Shown: positions 1 to 11,536 of the stretch, in pieces
Numbering within the stretch: position 1 is the stretch's first letter
Layout of the letters: each line of letters opens with the position of its first letter
NCBI GenBank assembly: GCA_008632985.1
Contig: QPGO01000069.1
Location: 310,001 to 374,000 of the forward strand
Reading direction: 5' to 3'
From: Psammoneis japonica
Taxonomy: Eukaryota
Length of the DNA stretch: 64,000 nt
Made by a program: the position numbers and the translations under genes
Notes under the pieces: generated by a model
What the model was told of the DNA's origin: nothing
Seen by the model: the letters and a program-made list of their open reading frames with translations, nothing else
The model's database searches: none

Positions 1-3000
1 CTGAAGTGTTCCATGCTGACATGCTGATGCTTTTAGGAGACTGGGGAAGAGAGCTGCAAATGTCCCACACAGCATTGACATGTGGTGGACAAAAATGCTC
101 TCCTCCACAACCTGTCTGTCATGCTCTTGACTCATGCATCCAATTGCAGCAGTGCACTGTGGCTCTCTGGCATTGCCAAAGGCACCCCAAGAGAGCAAAA
201 CAATGTTTTTTTTTCATTTTTTCACAGAGCTGCTGGGCTTGTTGAAATGACTTTCCAAAAGATGCCAGCACACAACATCCAGGGTGGATCTTGTTGCGCC
301 TTTCTTGGCAATGTTGTTGCTGGGGTGATTGTGGTTGAACAAAAATGCATCATCTGACTGCCAGTGAAGACCTTGAACTTGCTTGATCCAGTCAGAAACA
401 AAACCAAATGCAGACAAAACTGTGGGATCCTCAACCAAGCACATGATGCCAATGCCAACACCATTGTGAGAATGTTTCCATCTGGTGCATTGACTCAAAT
501 TTTTTTTTTTCATCATCCTTGTGCATGCCCAGCAATTGATGCTTGGTGAAACCAGAGGAGGAAGAAGACTTGGACACAGAAAAGGCATGACAACCATCCA
601 ACTCTGTCAGATCATCAGCAGGTGTTTGGCTGGCTTTCCTGGAAAGAGCCCGGAAATCCAGATGATCAAGGATGGAATGACCAACATTGACAACATGGAA
701 GCAATGATTGCCGTGGTCACTGTTGGTGAATGGACTTCAAAACTCAAGGCATTGCCAGTGTGATGGAAAGTGGCAATGGACTTTTCCATGTTCTTGGAGC
801 AAGCCATCATGCAGCAACAATGCCTCCCGTCAATGCAAGTGGATGCCCAGCCAATGTCAAGATCAGGCAGCACCAAGTGAGTGCAAATGACATGCTGCAC
901 TGCTGCTCTTGACTTGCCTTCCCCACATTGCACAATTCTGGTGCACTCTTCCAGAAGGCATCTTTGGGTTGCTTGCAGACCATGCCAACATTCTCAAGTC
1001 CTCTCCATTTGCTGGGCAATGATTTGGGGACAGAAGCAGAAGTCTTGGTGGAGACAAGAGAAGGAGCTGTTGCAGAAGATTGAGGCAGACTTTTTTGGAC
1101 TGGTGACCACTTGTTGGCCAAGGCCACTCGTGGGGACAGAGATGGCAGCAGAAATGTCAGAAGCACACCACACAGATGAAATGACATGCACAGGAAGCAG
1201 AGCTTGACTTGGAGCCAACAGAACAGTGAAAGGGAGTGACAAAGACATTGTCAGACCAGATGTGGCATTGAAAAATGAGGGTGGCACATTGAACAATTGA
1301 GCTGGAATGGCAGGAGAGGATGCACCCCCCACAGTGCAAGACATCAAGCTCAAATCAATGCAGGAAGAGACACAGTGGGACAAGGCACCAAATGCAAGGT
1401 TCCACCAAGCACACCTTCTCCTGATCTCTGCAAGATCCCAATCCCACAAAGAAGGATCCAGCTGTTGCACCAAAGCAATGTGTGGGTGCACAGTGGGAGC
1501 GGTCATGGACAGAGTTGTTTGAAGGCAACTGAGACAAGCAAACTGCACCGCTGACTGGGCAGGCATGGGATGAACCCTGGCATCATCATCAGAGAGCCAT
1601 TGAACCATCACAGTTAAAAGATGTCTTGTCTTCTCTGTCAAAGAGCTCAAGCCTGCTCTTTTTGCTGAAAAACACTCAAAATCTTTCCTCTGTCTGTCTG
1701 TGGTGTGATGGGTGAGCAAACAACATGGGAAAGTGACAACTCAGTGAGCTGGCCATGAGCAAGGCAAGGCAGATGGTGGCAAGTTCACTTTTGCTCCATT
1801 GTGGCTTCAACAGTTGACTTGCCAAGAAGAGAAAGGTCTGGGAGCACCAAAAGAGAAAATGCAAACTCAATCAAGAATGTGCAGTGCAGGCAAGCAAGGA
1901 AAAAGCTGTGAGGGCCCAGAAGACAACCTCCATTTCCAATGTCAATTTCTCATTGACAATCAGCAATGCCAATTTCTCAAGTGTTGAAAAACTTGAGGAG
2001 GGTCATTCTCTCAGTTTTGATGATGGTGTGAGTCCAGATGTGCTGTTTGCAGTCAAAGTGCCCACCTGCTTGATGGATTGATCCTGTTCTCACAGAAGCA
2101 CAAGCAACCATCAATGCCTGATGCCAACATGGAAAATTGATGCATGACTCCTGGACTTTCTCTCACTTTGGCAACAACAAGAGGGTGACAAGAGTTGTGC
2201 TCCATTTGTTGACATCCCCAGGAGGGAAGGGTTGTCTGAAACTTTGCAGTGCAGCAGAGAGGAAGTTGTTGGCAACACCCAACACAACATGTTTGGAGCT
2301 GAGCAACCTCAGCTCATGACATTCTGGTGTTTGACCGCATGGGACATGGAGCATTGTTCCAGACACAAAAACCCAGCTTTGCTTGATCATGCCCAGCCAG
2401 CATCCTTCACACAGTGGGGGAGCAACCAAGAGCAAGGTGTCTCAGCAATCAGCATTGAGTCAGGTGACAAATGTGGAATCACGTGCTTTGCAGTCAAGGC
2501 CACACATCTCAAAAACAAGGAATGGGCAGCTTTTGACACCCAAGGGCTGGACACAAAAAGTGCACAAATTTCCCCCCAGTGGCGGCACAAGCTTCCCAGG
2601 TGAACAAAGACTGCCACCTGGCAAAGGTGGAGTGAGTGTTGTTTTTGAGGAGGTCAACAATTTGGAGAGAATTGTTCCTTTTCAATGCCATGGGAGCCAA
2701 AGCAGCAGCCAGAGCTGGTGCTGCTCTCACAGTTGATCAAGCATGGAATTGGAAAACCCGCCAATGAGCAATTTGGGAGAACAGTCACAGAAGGAGGTGG
2801 GCAGCTGTCAGGAGTGGAGAAGGATGGAGGGATCACATGACAGAGTGCACAGGGCATTGTTGGCAGATTGGTTGGGGGAAGAGGAGTCTGTGCAGAGGGC
2901 AGAAAGAAACCAAAGAGCATGAGCAGAGAGATGACATGAGATGTTGCAGCTCAATGTTTGGGGGTTGCCCACAGAGGGGGAGAAGAGGAGTGGCACATGC

Positions 3001-5300
3001 TGCCAACAAAGTGATCGCTGGTGAGGTGGTTCCAGGTGGAGTCACTGGAAGGAAGAAGGGAAGTGGGGAAGGTGTGGGCATGTGAAGAACAGCAGACAGA
3101 GTGGCAGGCATTGGAGCAATGGAGAGCACAGGCAGACTGCCAGGGAGGCTTGGGTTGAGAGTGAGTGGCGGGAAATGAAGAGCTCAAAAAAAAGTGGTGG
3201 AAGAAGATCCCCTTTTGTCAAGCAGAGATTGGGGTTCAGTGCAAAAGAGAGTCACATGGAGGTTGGGTGGTGGGAGAGGGTGGGAGGTGCACAGCAGAGG
3301 GGTGTGGAGGTGAAAAAAGAGGGCCCAAGGCACACACACAGACAGAAGTCTCAAGGAGCCTGATGACAATGAACCTCTCCCAGCAGGAGAATCATCTTTG
3401 TGGACTGGCAATGAACATTCGATGTCAAAGGTTGACTGAATGACACATGACAAAAGCATTTGGTGACTTTTGCTGAGGCATGACCTGCAAACATCTGGAC
3501 CAAGTTGAGCTGGGGACACCAAGAGTTGAACTGAGTGCAGGCTCTTCCAACTCTGTTCATTGCACCTGAAGCAACTGGCATGCCTGCATTGTGTGGCTCC
3601 ATGCATTTAGGGGTGGATTTTGTCACGCTCTTGGCCAGCATGCTTCTTTGTCATGTCTGTCTTTGGCAGCAGCATGTGGACAGTGCTGTGGCATTCACTC
3701 CACTGGCAACACATGCGGCATTGCATGACGCTGTCGGGCACCATTGGATGCCAAGGTGTGTCGTTTGCTCAAGGACACTCTCCTGAATGATTGCAAAGCA
3801 ACAGTTGCCCAGTCTTTGAGATGCTCCAGGAGAAAGAACCCAAGGATGCTTTTGGCCAATGGCAAGCATGACACAGACAAACTCATCATGGCGCAGCCTG
3901 GTGACTTGATCCACTTTCATCAATTGGAGATGATTTGGAACGTGCCACTGGTTTGCTCAGTTCCAAACTCAATCAGTCGGAAATGGTCCATTTTCAAGAA
4001 CTGACTCATGATGGACAGGCCAGGTGTCATTTGGATGAAGCCTCTGCTCTGTCAACAGTTGTGATCATTGGCGACAACCAGATGTGCCAAGGACAAGGAC
4101 CTGTTTTGCCAAAAGGCTGCATTGACGAACCAGTTCCACACATTTGTTCTAGATGCCACAGAATGTTTTCCTCAGTTCATTGCCACAGAGAGGAGCTGCT
4201 GTCCTTCCTGGTGCACAAACAAAGCCATTCAGTGATGCCAACACTTGCCTCATTGTTTCCATTCTTCCACAGTTCATTCTCCGCATCCGAAGTGAGCAAG
4301 GGTTTGGTTCATTGACTGCCGCACAGGTGTTGAGCAAATGCAGAGCAGTCATTTTGCATTGAAGAACCAATCATGCCTGGCACACATTTTGTTCCAGAAA
4401 ACATGAGTCGCAGGGCAGGACCCACTGTCACTTGAACCTTGGCACTTCAAAAAGACTGGCTGCCACATCATTTCAAGTTGGGTTGTCAAACCAGGGTGTG
4501 GAGTGCATTTCCATGTTGACAAAAAGAAGATGAAAAGCAACGTCAGCAAACAAATCTCAAATGAAAAGAAAAATGGACATGAAATTGACTTGCATTGGGG
4601 GTTCATTTGAATGCAACGTAGCACAATGAATGCACTCTATGGCATTGTGAAATGCACAACAAATTCATGCAATGAATCTCTTGCCACCCAAAACGGGTGT
4701 CATGTGGGTGTGACAAGGGATTCAAAGAGTTCTTGGAGCAGTCACGCCAGTTGGAATGGGAGGAGCGTCACCATCATAAATGTCTCAAAACATCATTTGG
4801 TCTGGTCTCCATCTGACACGACCGCTGCCAAACAGTTTTCATTTCAAGAGCAGCAGCCATGGGGATGTAAACTGCAAGGGAGCACAGATGGCAGCAATTG
4901 ATCTCTCTGATGGGCTTGTTGTTTTGGGATTAGATGCCTTGGATGAGCATGAAGGAGAAGTTCAGATTTGGTCTTTGAGGGCACGACATCCGATGCGCCA
5001 ATGGCACGGACACGTTCTTCCACAATGACTTTCTTCTTCACTTGTCTCTCAAACACTCCAAAAGCATCAAATTTCCAAGGTCACTGCACCCGTCATTGCA
5101 ATGTCATTGCCAATCTTGATCATTGACACTCTTTCATGAGCTGCATGCATTGAGTTGTGATGGAGCTTTGTCGGTGTCCATGGGGAAAGCTCAGTTTTTG
5201 ATGACTCTGTTTCAGTGCGAGTGAAGTTTGATCTCAGCACGACAACTCAATGAGCAAGAGGGAAGCAGGCTGAATGACACAAATGTCCAAATGTTTGAAT
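1..5300. mobile_element. Heavily degenerated repeat/TE-like domain depleted of both TpA and CpG; family not recognisable
   Basis: Only on the order of ten TA dinucleotides seen by eye in ~5.2 kb, few CG, strong TG/CA excess; many short overlapping Cys/His/Trp/Gln-rich ORFs with no recognisable domain. Confidence 0.55.
3348..3700 (+). repeat. Diverged copy of segment ~9202-9655 (3' end of F-box-like gene plus downstream flank)
   Basis: gtctcaaggagcctgatgacaatgaacct...gttgactgaatgacac matches gtctcaaggagcctgacgaaaatgaaccc...gtcgactgaatgacac; ctttggcagcagcatgtggacagtgct matches ctttggcaacggcgtgtggacagtgct. Confidence 0.85.
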
Positions 5301-5554
5301 GTTGTTGTGCTGCTGGCAAACTCAACCAGTCCCGCTGCCTCAACCGGTCCCGCCGGCTAACTGACGGATGGCTGCTTGCTTGATTTAAATTCCGAGCGCC
5401 GCTGCTCGCCGCCGCATCAACCCCACAGCGCAATGACAACGCAAGATGCTGGCAGTTTGTTCTTCCCAATGAACAAGCAATGCAATCACACTGCCAAAGA
5501 AAACCACAACACTGAGAGTTGCACCATCACACCTCCAAAGAATGACAAAATGCC

Positions 5555-6400
5555 ATGAGTCATTTTAATGGATTGTCAAGCATTTCGTCGTCGACAGAAA
5601 ATGCCGAAAACGCTGCTGCGAGCAGAAGGTCACAAATGGACAATGCACTCGATTGTTTCCTTGATGCTTCCACAGTTGCTTTGCAGATGCAAGACCAGGA
5701 CAATGCATTGAAAAATGTTAAAAACACTTTGCCAAAAGGGAGTAAAGTGACCAAGCGGAAATTGAAGGAAGCCAACGACCAGCTGGCGTTGGTGCAAAAC
5801 AGCATCTCCATTTTGCAAGTGGCAACAAAAGGAGCAACTGTGGCAGCTGCTCAAGCTTCTAGGATTCCCAATGTTGGACATGTCCACAACTGCTTGAACA
5901 GCAAAAGTGTGTGCGCAAGAAGCGAGTGGAAGAGCAACCAAGAAAAAACCAGAAGCCGTTTCCATCGCAAGAATCAAGCGCCGCACCGGCAGGTCAAAAA
6001 CCTGTGCCGGCAAAATCGGAATCCCTCATTGCATTGGAGGACATGTGCAAAGAAAATCAGCAGCTGCAACCAGAGACTCGTGCCCAAAACAAAAGACCTT
6101 GTCTCATGCCGTCATCTCATTTTCATGAAAACTTCCGAATGCCAACAAAAAAGGAAACAGGATTGTGCGGAAAATTTAAATTTGTCGACATGGTCCTGGC
6201 CATTCCCACATCAAAGCGCGCCAAAGTCATTGATTTTGCAATGGAAAACTCGATGATTCCATTGAGCAGCCGACGAGGGGCCAACAGGATCATCCAAAAG
6301 CGATCGAACGGCGCAGCCATGCACTCGGAGTGGGGCGCTTGTCCCGCAACTTCACGGTTTTTGGTTTGCCCCGTGCCATGCGCGGCCTTCACACGTCACG
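5555..6400 (+). pseudogene. Frameshifted, TA-depleted coding relic of unknown (possibly TE) protein
   Basis: Overlapping ORFs 5555-6256 and 5911-6423 read as protein-like (coiled-coil then KFKFVDMVLAIP...EWG), with no Tyr residues. Confidence 0.3.
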
Positions 6401-7550
6401 CGTCTCGCGCCACACCGCAATGACGACACACGACACTCTCATCACTCCAACTTGAAACTGCGCCGCGGCTCATCACTGGCCAGTTGTGCGCTGCCGGTGC
6501 CGGCAGACCCACATGAGGTGCTCCTCGCCGTCGATCATGACATTCTCCTGCCTCAGCATGCGGCAGTGTTGAAGGCAGAAAGAACAAAATTGAAAGGCAG
6601 AAAAGAAAAGGACCGACATGAGCATGCTGACGGCTCATTTGAAAAAGCGCAAGGCAGATGAGGAAGTGAGGGATCAGAAGATTCCTTCATTCAAAGCCTC
6701 AAAGAAACGTCTCAACGACGACACATCTGGAAGCAACGAAACGGAAACAGGTGACATCAGCTTGTTTCTGTCATCGCTTTCTATCGTCGCTGACAACGGC
6801 TGGCTTTCTGCGCAGCATCTTTGTCGCCTGGAATCGACCTCAAAAGCAACACAAGCATGGGTGAAAGACGATCACTGGAAAGTGGTTTGTTGCCTGCGTT
6901 GGCCCAACACGGCTGTTTTTTCCAAAGAGCATGTCCGTGATTTTGGAGGCTACAGAATGTGGTTCCGTCACAGGGCCGCCTCGTTGGTGCGGGAGAACGT
7001 GGATGCTAGACCACTCCCGCCTCCTACGATCGATGTAGAGCAAGTCAGGTTTCTAGTTGACATTTCGGTTTGCGGGAAATCGGTTTGTTCAAAATCTGTT
7101 ATGTTGAGCCCTGAAGGATGGAGACTTTGGTCTGAAAGCGGAGGTTTCGGGTTTCATTTAGAATCTCCTTTTATTGTCGGAGAAGCCCGCTGTTGGCGTG
7201 AGGGTGTGGACGGGCGTCGTTGCAATCATGGATGCAAATTCAATCCTCGTCAATGTGATGCTCGGATCCACCTCATGCGCTGTAAGGAAGAGTGGTCACC
7301 ACCTTTTTGCGTCTGTCAATCGGGAAGGAAGAATTGGATTCGTGCATTCTCAGCTGACAGTGTTGGTGAACCTCAAGACGGCATGTACGATTGGAAGAAC
7401 TCGTCAAAAGAATGGCTTGAATGTGACTCTGATGATCCTGCTTCCCATGACCATCATGGATGTCTGATGATGAGTGACACGCAAATGTCCAGAAGAGTTC
7501 AGCAACGACTGGGAAGCCCAATGCGTTTTTCGATGTGTCTTGCGCTCAAT

Positions 7551-8306
7551 GGAGTGGCGTGCTTTCAAAAATTCGGTGCGCACACCTGATCTGCACAAAA
7601 CACACGTACGTAAAAATGCACTGCAAAATTCGTAGAGATGTTTGTTTGAATTCACTTCACACACAAACATCACGGCAACGACGCCGCGACATCGGCAATG
7701 GACGCACACAACAACGACAGCGGACTGGGGGGTTGTGATGCACCGAGACAACAACTGATGTGATGAGAAATGAGGTGTCAATGTCAAATGACAATGATCG
7801 AGTTGTTTTGGGAGCTGGTTGAGCCATTGGTGACGAAGGGTTTTTGGCACGTACAACTTGGTGCTGAAATCACGCAGAGGTTTTGGCCGCGGTGGGACTG
7901 TTGTTTTTCACTTTTTTTGGGGTGCATTTTGTGTTTTCTCGGTCGATCGCATTGATGAAGCACTGAAGTGAGCACGCGACAACAGATTTTGACGAAAAGT
8001 TGGATTTTCATTCATTGTGGAGGATCAGCACGGGGTTTTTAACACGGTGAAGCACGGGGGGACGATTTTTTCACCAGATTTGCAAGATCCTGCATCCCAT
8101 CCAATTCGCGTGCGCAATGTCAGTGGATTGATGTATTTTTCATACGCAAGAAGCGCAATGACGTCGACATGCCCGACATGACAGACTTCCCGTGCTGTTG
8201 TCGTAATGAAGTGAAATCTTGTTGTGTTCGGTGCGCAGAGTCTAGTGCTGTTTGTCCGCATGCAGACGAGTGCTGCGCACCGCACTTTTGGAAAGTGCGC
8301 CACTCC
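7551..8306. mobile_element. MITE-like non-autonomous DNA transposon, copy 1 (~756 bp)
   Basis: ~33-bp imperfect terminal inverted repeats GGAGTGGCGT(G/A)CTTTC...CGGTGCGCA; flanked by AT on both sides; no credible ORF. Confidence 0.85.
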
Positions 8307-8308
8307 AT

Positions 8309-9063
8309 GGAGTGGCGTACTTTCAAAAATTCGGTGCGCACACCTGACCCACACAAAATGTGCGCACGTAAAAATGTCCTACAAAATTCGTAGAGATGTT
8401 CATTTGAATTCACTTCACACACAAACATCACGGCAACGACGCCGCGACATCGGCAATGGATGCACACAACAACGACAGCGGACTGGGAGGTTATGATGCA
8501 CCGAGACAACAACTGATGTGACAAGAAATGAGACATCAATGTCAAATGACAATGATCGAGTTGTTTTGGGAGCTGGTTGAGCCATTGGTGACGAAGGGTT
8601 TTTGGCACGTACAACTTGGCACTGAAATCACGTAGAGGTTTTGGCCGCGGTGGGACTGTTGTTTTTCACTTTTTTTGGGGTGCTTTTGTGTTTTCTCGGT
8701 CGATCGCATTGATGAAGCACTGGAGTGAGCACGCGACAACAGATTTTGACGAAAAGTTGGATTTTCATTCATTGTGGAGGATTGGCACGGGGTTTTTAAC
8801 ACGGTGAAGCACGGGGGGACGATTTTTTCACCAGATTTGCAAGATCCTGTATCCCATCCAATTCGCATGCGTAACATTAGTGGATTGATGTATTTTTTAT
8901 ATGCAAGAAGCGCAATAACGTCGATGTACCCGACATGATAGACTTCCCGTGCTGTTGTCATAATGAAGTGAAATCTTGTTGTGTTCGGTGCGTAGAGTCT
9001 AGCACTGTTTGTCCGCATGTAGACGAGTGCTGCGCACCGCACTTTTGGAAAGTACGCCACTCC
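8309..9063. mobile_element. MITE-like element, copy 2, head-to-tail with copy 1
   Basis: Colinear with 7551-8306; termini GGAGTGGCGTACTTTC / GAAAGTACGCCACTCC are perfect inverted repeats; AT at 8307-8308 and 9064-9065. Confidence 0.85.
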
Positions 9064-9945
9064 ATGTGATTGAGCCGGGGGACAAGATTGCAGTTGCTGG
9101 TTTTGAAATCAACCTCTTTTGTGTCAATGACGGCAACTGGTTGGATTTTGACTCTGAGGCTGCAGAGGAGAAGGGCGTCTCTGTGTTGCATGTCATGGAG
9201 AGTCTCAAGGAGCCTGACGAAAATGAACCCCCCCCAGCCGGGGAATCATCGTTGTGGACGGACGAAGAGCATTCGATGTCGAAGGTCGACTGAATGACAC
9301 ACATGGCAGAAGTCTCTGGTGACTTTTGCTGAAGCAATTCGAGTGGTTTCGGCAAAACTTGCGCGTTGCCAACTTTGTGTGACAGCGTTGGAACGAAATC
9401 ACATTCAAAGGCGAACCGCATCTCGGCGGCCCAGTGTGCACCTACAGTGTGACCTTGAAATCTCTGGAGCGACTTGAACTAGGGATGCCGAGAGCTAAAC
9501 TAAATGGGGACTTTTCTGTTCATTTCACACGAAGCAACTGGTGCATGCCCACATTGCACGGCTCTGTGCATTTAGCGGCGGCTCTCGCCACGCTCTTGCA
9601 GCACGCTTCTTAGTCATGTCTTTGGCAACGGCGTGTGGACAGTGCTACAGTACTCTTCCTCTCAAAAGCTTTCGTGGGCTGCTACTCTCGCTCCGTTTAG
9701 TCCCTCGCTATTAGCCCAACGGCCTCGAAGTTTCTTGTCAGTAGTGACTGTCAAATCTTTGCCGTGCTGGTGACTACTAGAGTAGACCGGAGAACTGGAA
9801 CTAGCGTGGCGGCAAAAGAGATTTGGTCGTGACTCCCATCTTGGGGAAAATCAGATAATTTTACTTCTACTACACAGAGCTGAACTAATGTTGCTTCTTC
9901 TATTCTTACAACTCGAAGCAAGTTGTACAACTCCTCCTCTACGCC

Positions 9946-11127
9946 TTACATGCCTCCCGCCATCATCTGCTGCAGCATGGCAGGGTTCATTCCTCCTCCC
10001 ATGCCACCCATACCACTCATCATGCCTTCAATCATGTTGAGCATACTCGGAGGCGGCTGAATGTTGAAGTATGACTTTCCAATCTTGGTCGTGTACGTTT
10101 CGACAATCTGCGGCTTGTACATGACGTGGAGTTCCTTCTTGAAGGACCGAAGGAGCCACGAATAGAGAGGACCCGTCTTGGTATCCTTTTCACACACCCT
10201 CAAGAGCATGCAACCAAAGACAACGTGAGACGGGGACTTGCCATCGTCCTTTTTCATGTACGACTTGGTAAGATCGTCCATGGGTCGGTCTTCGACCTTT
10301 TCAATAAAGCCCCTTAGCAAAATGTTGGCGTCACGCAAATTCTCCACGGCGCAAAACAACAAGAGACTGCGAGTCAAGAGTGCATCACGATCCGCCGGGG
10401 GACACGTGTGTCCCATTTCCAATTCCTGATCCGTGGGCTTGGGAAGCGACTCGAGCCACGACAAGATCTGATCTGGCTTTTCGGCCAACACCATGTTTGT
10501 CACGGCATCACACTGCAGTGCATCACACGACTGTCCGTCCTCCTCATCGTCTACCATGTCATCGGCACCCTCTTCTTCTTCTTGTGCAAGCAGGGACAAC
10601 TTCCAGCATTGGTGTCCCATGAGTTCCAACAAGCGTTGATCTCCGAGTCGGATCTTTCCCAAATCGGCAGACCATTGAATGGCTCTTCGGAGAAAATCCC
10701 GTTCAAGTCGTTCCAATCGATTCCGTTCCGCCTTGGACGCAATGTCCGATTCATCCAGAGCTGTTTGTTGCGCCTGATGCAATTCGACAAGACGTCCAAT
10801 CCATTCGTCCGTCGCTTCTGTATGAGTCTCTCGCAACGCCTCCACCAAACACGTCAAGAGCTGAGATGCGACGGACACGCGATGATTCTTGAGAATGGTC
10901 AAACTGCCCTGGTAGGCCAAGTCGGTAGCACCGGCGTAATCTCCAGCCTTGACGCGTTTGCGAACCTGAGACTGAGCGAGCTGCAACGCTTCGTATGCAG
11001 TGGCTTCGTCCTTGAGATTCTCGCCCTCGAGCAATTCCTTTAGACGAAGGGATACCGCATCCTGACTGTTTTCGTTCTTTTTGCGAGCTTCCAACTGCTT
11101 ACGACGACGAGCTGCGGCGGCACTCAT
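9946..11127 (-). CDS. GET4: Golgi-to-ER traffic protein 4 (Get4/TRC35) homolog
   Basis: YEALQL..., FLRRAIQWS...GDQRLLELMG, ..TKIGKSYFNIQPP.. with Met/Gly-rich tail; start chosen at MSAAAARRRK. Confidence 0.75.
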   Translation of the reverse strand: MSAAAARRRKQLEARKKNENSQDAVSLRLKELLEGENLKDEATAYEALQLAQSQVRKRVKAGDYAGATDLAYQGSLTILKNHRVSVASQLLTCLVEALRETHTEATDEWIGRLVELHQAQQTALDESDIASKAERNRLERLERDFLRRAIQWSADLGKIRLGDQRLLELMGHQCWKLSLLAQEEEEGADDMVDDEEDGQSCDALQCDAVTNMVLAEKPDQILSWLESLPKPTDQELEMGHTCPPADRDALLTRSLLLFCAVENLRDANILLRGFIEKVEDRPMDDLTKSYMKKDDGKSPSHVVFGCMLLRVCEKDTKTGPLYSWLLRSFKKELHVMYKPQIVETYTTKIGKSYFNIQPPPSMLNMIEGMMSGMGGMGGGMNPAMLQQMMAGGM

Positions 11128-11536
11128 TACTATTATATTTACAGCGAGGTTGCTGGATACAAGCAACAACAAACACAACAGCAACAACACGGAGATGGGA
11201 GAGTGTGATGAAAAAAAGATGTGCGGTGCGGTGTGCGCCGACGCGACACGTGGGAAGGATCGACCTAGTATGTGCTCACGTAGAATTGTACGCAGTCATT
11301 CGATTATCCGAAAGACAGACACGCTTCACCGGCACGCATGCAAAGGATAAGCGCACCCTAAACACAGATAAGAAGGCGTTCATGCAAAGAATGTGCTTAT
11401 CAGTCATAGGCGGAAAACGAAACTTCGACAGTCATCTCGCTCGCTCGTTGGCTTCACAAATCACAAATTGTTGTTGTTGTTGCTCTTGTGTATTGTTGCT
11501 GTATTGTGTTTCATGTTGTCGTTGTTCTTGTCCAAG

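Larger units (their letters stand above)
6618..9293 (+). pseudogene. F-box-like protein gene interrupted by tandem MITE (coding parts 6618-7550 and 9066-9293)
   Basis: F-box-like motif LSAQHLCRLESTSK...DDHWKVVCCLRWPNT. Removing 7551-9065 joins ...LALN to VIEPGDK...GVSVLHVMESL... in frame. Confidence 0.65.

Noticed and set aside
1..6600. Dense overlapping 60-240 aa ORFs on both strands
   Set aside because: Explained by loss of TAA/TAG stops through TA depletion; Cys/His/Trp-rich, nearly Tyr-free, no domains
7551..9063. Possible LTR pair or CRISPR-like array
   Set aside because: Units are adjacent ~756-bp copies with TIRs, no internal retroelement ORFs and no repeat-spacer structure
3348..9655. 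Direct repeats ~5.85 kb apart as LTRs of one retrotransposon
   Set aside because: The repeat includes the F-box C-terminal coding sequence, is strongly diverged with indels, and no gag/pol motifs are recognisable between the copies
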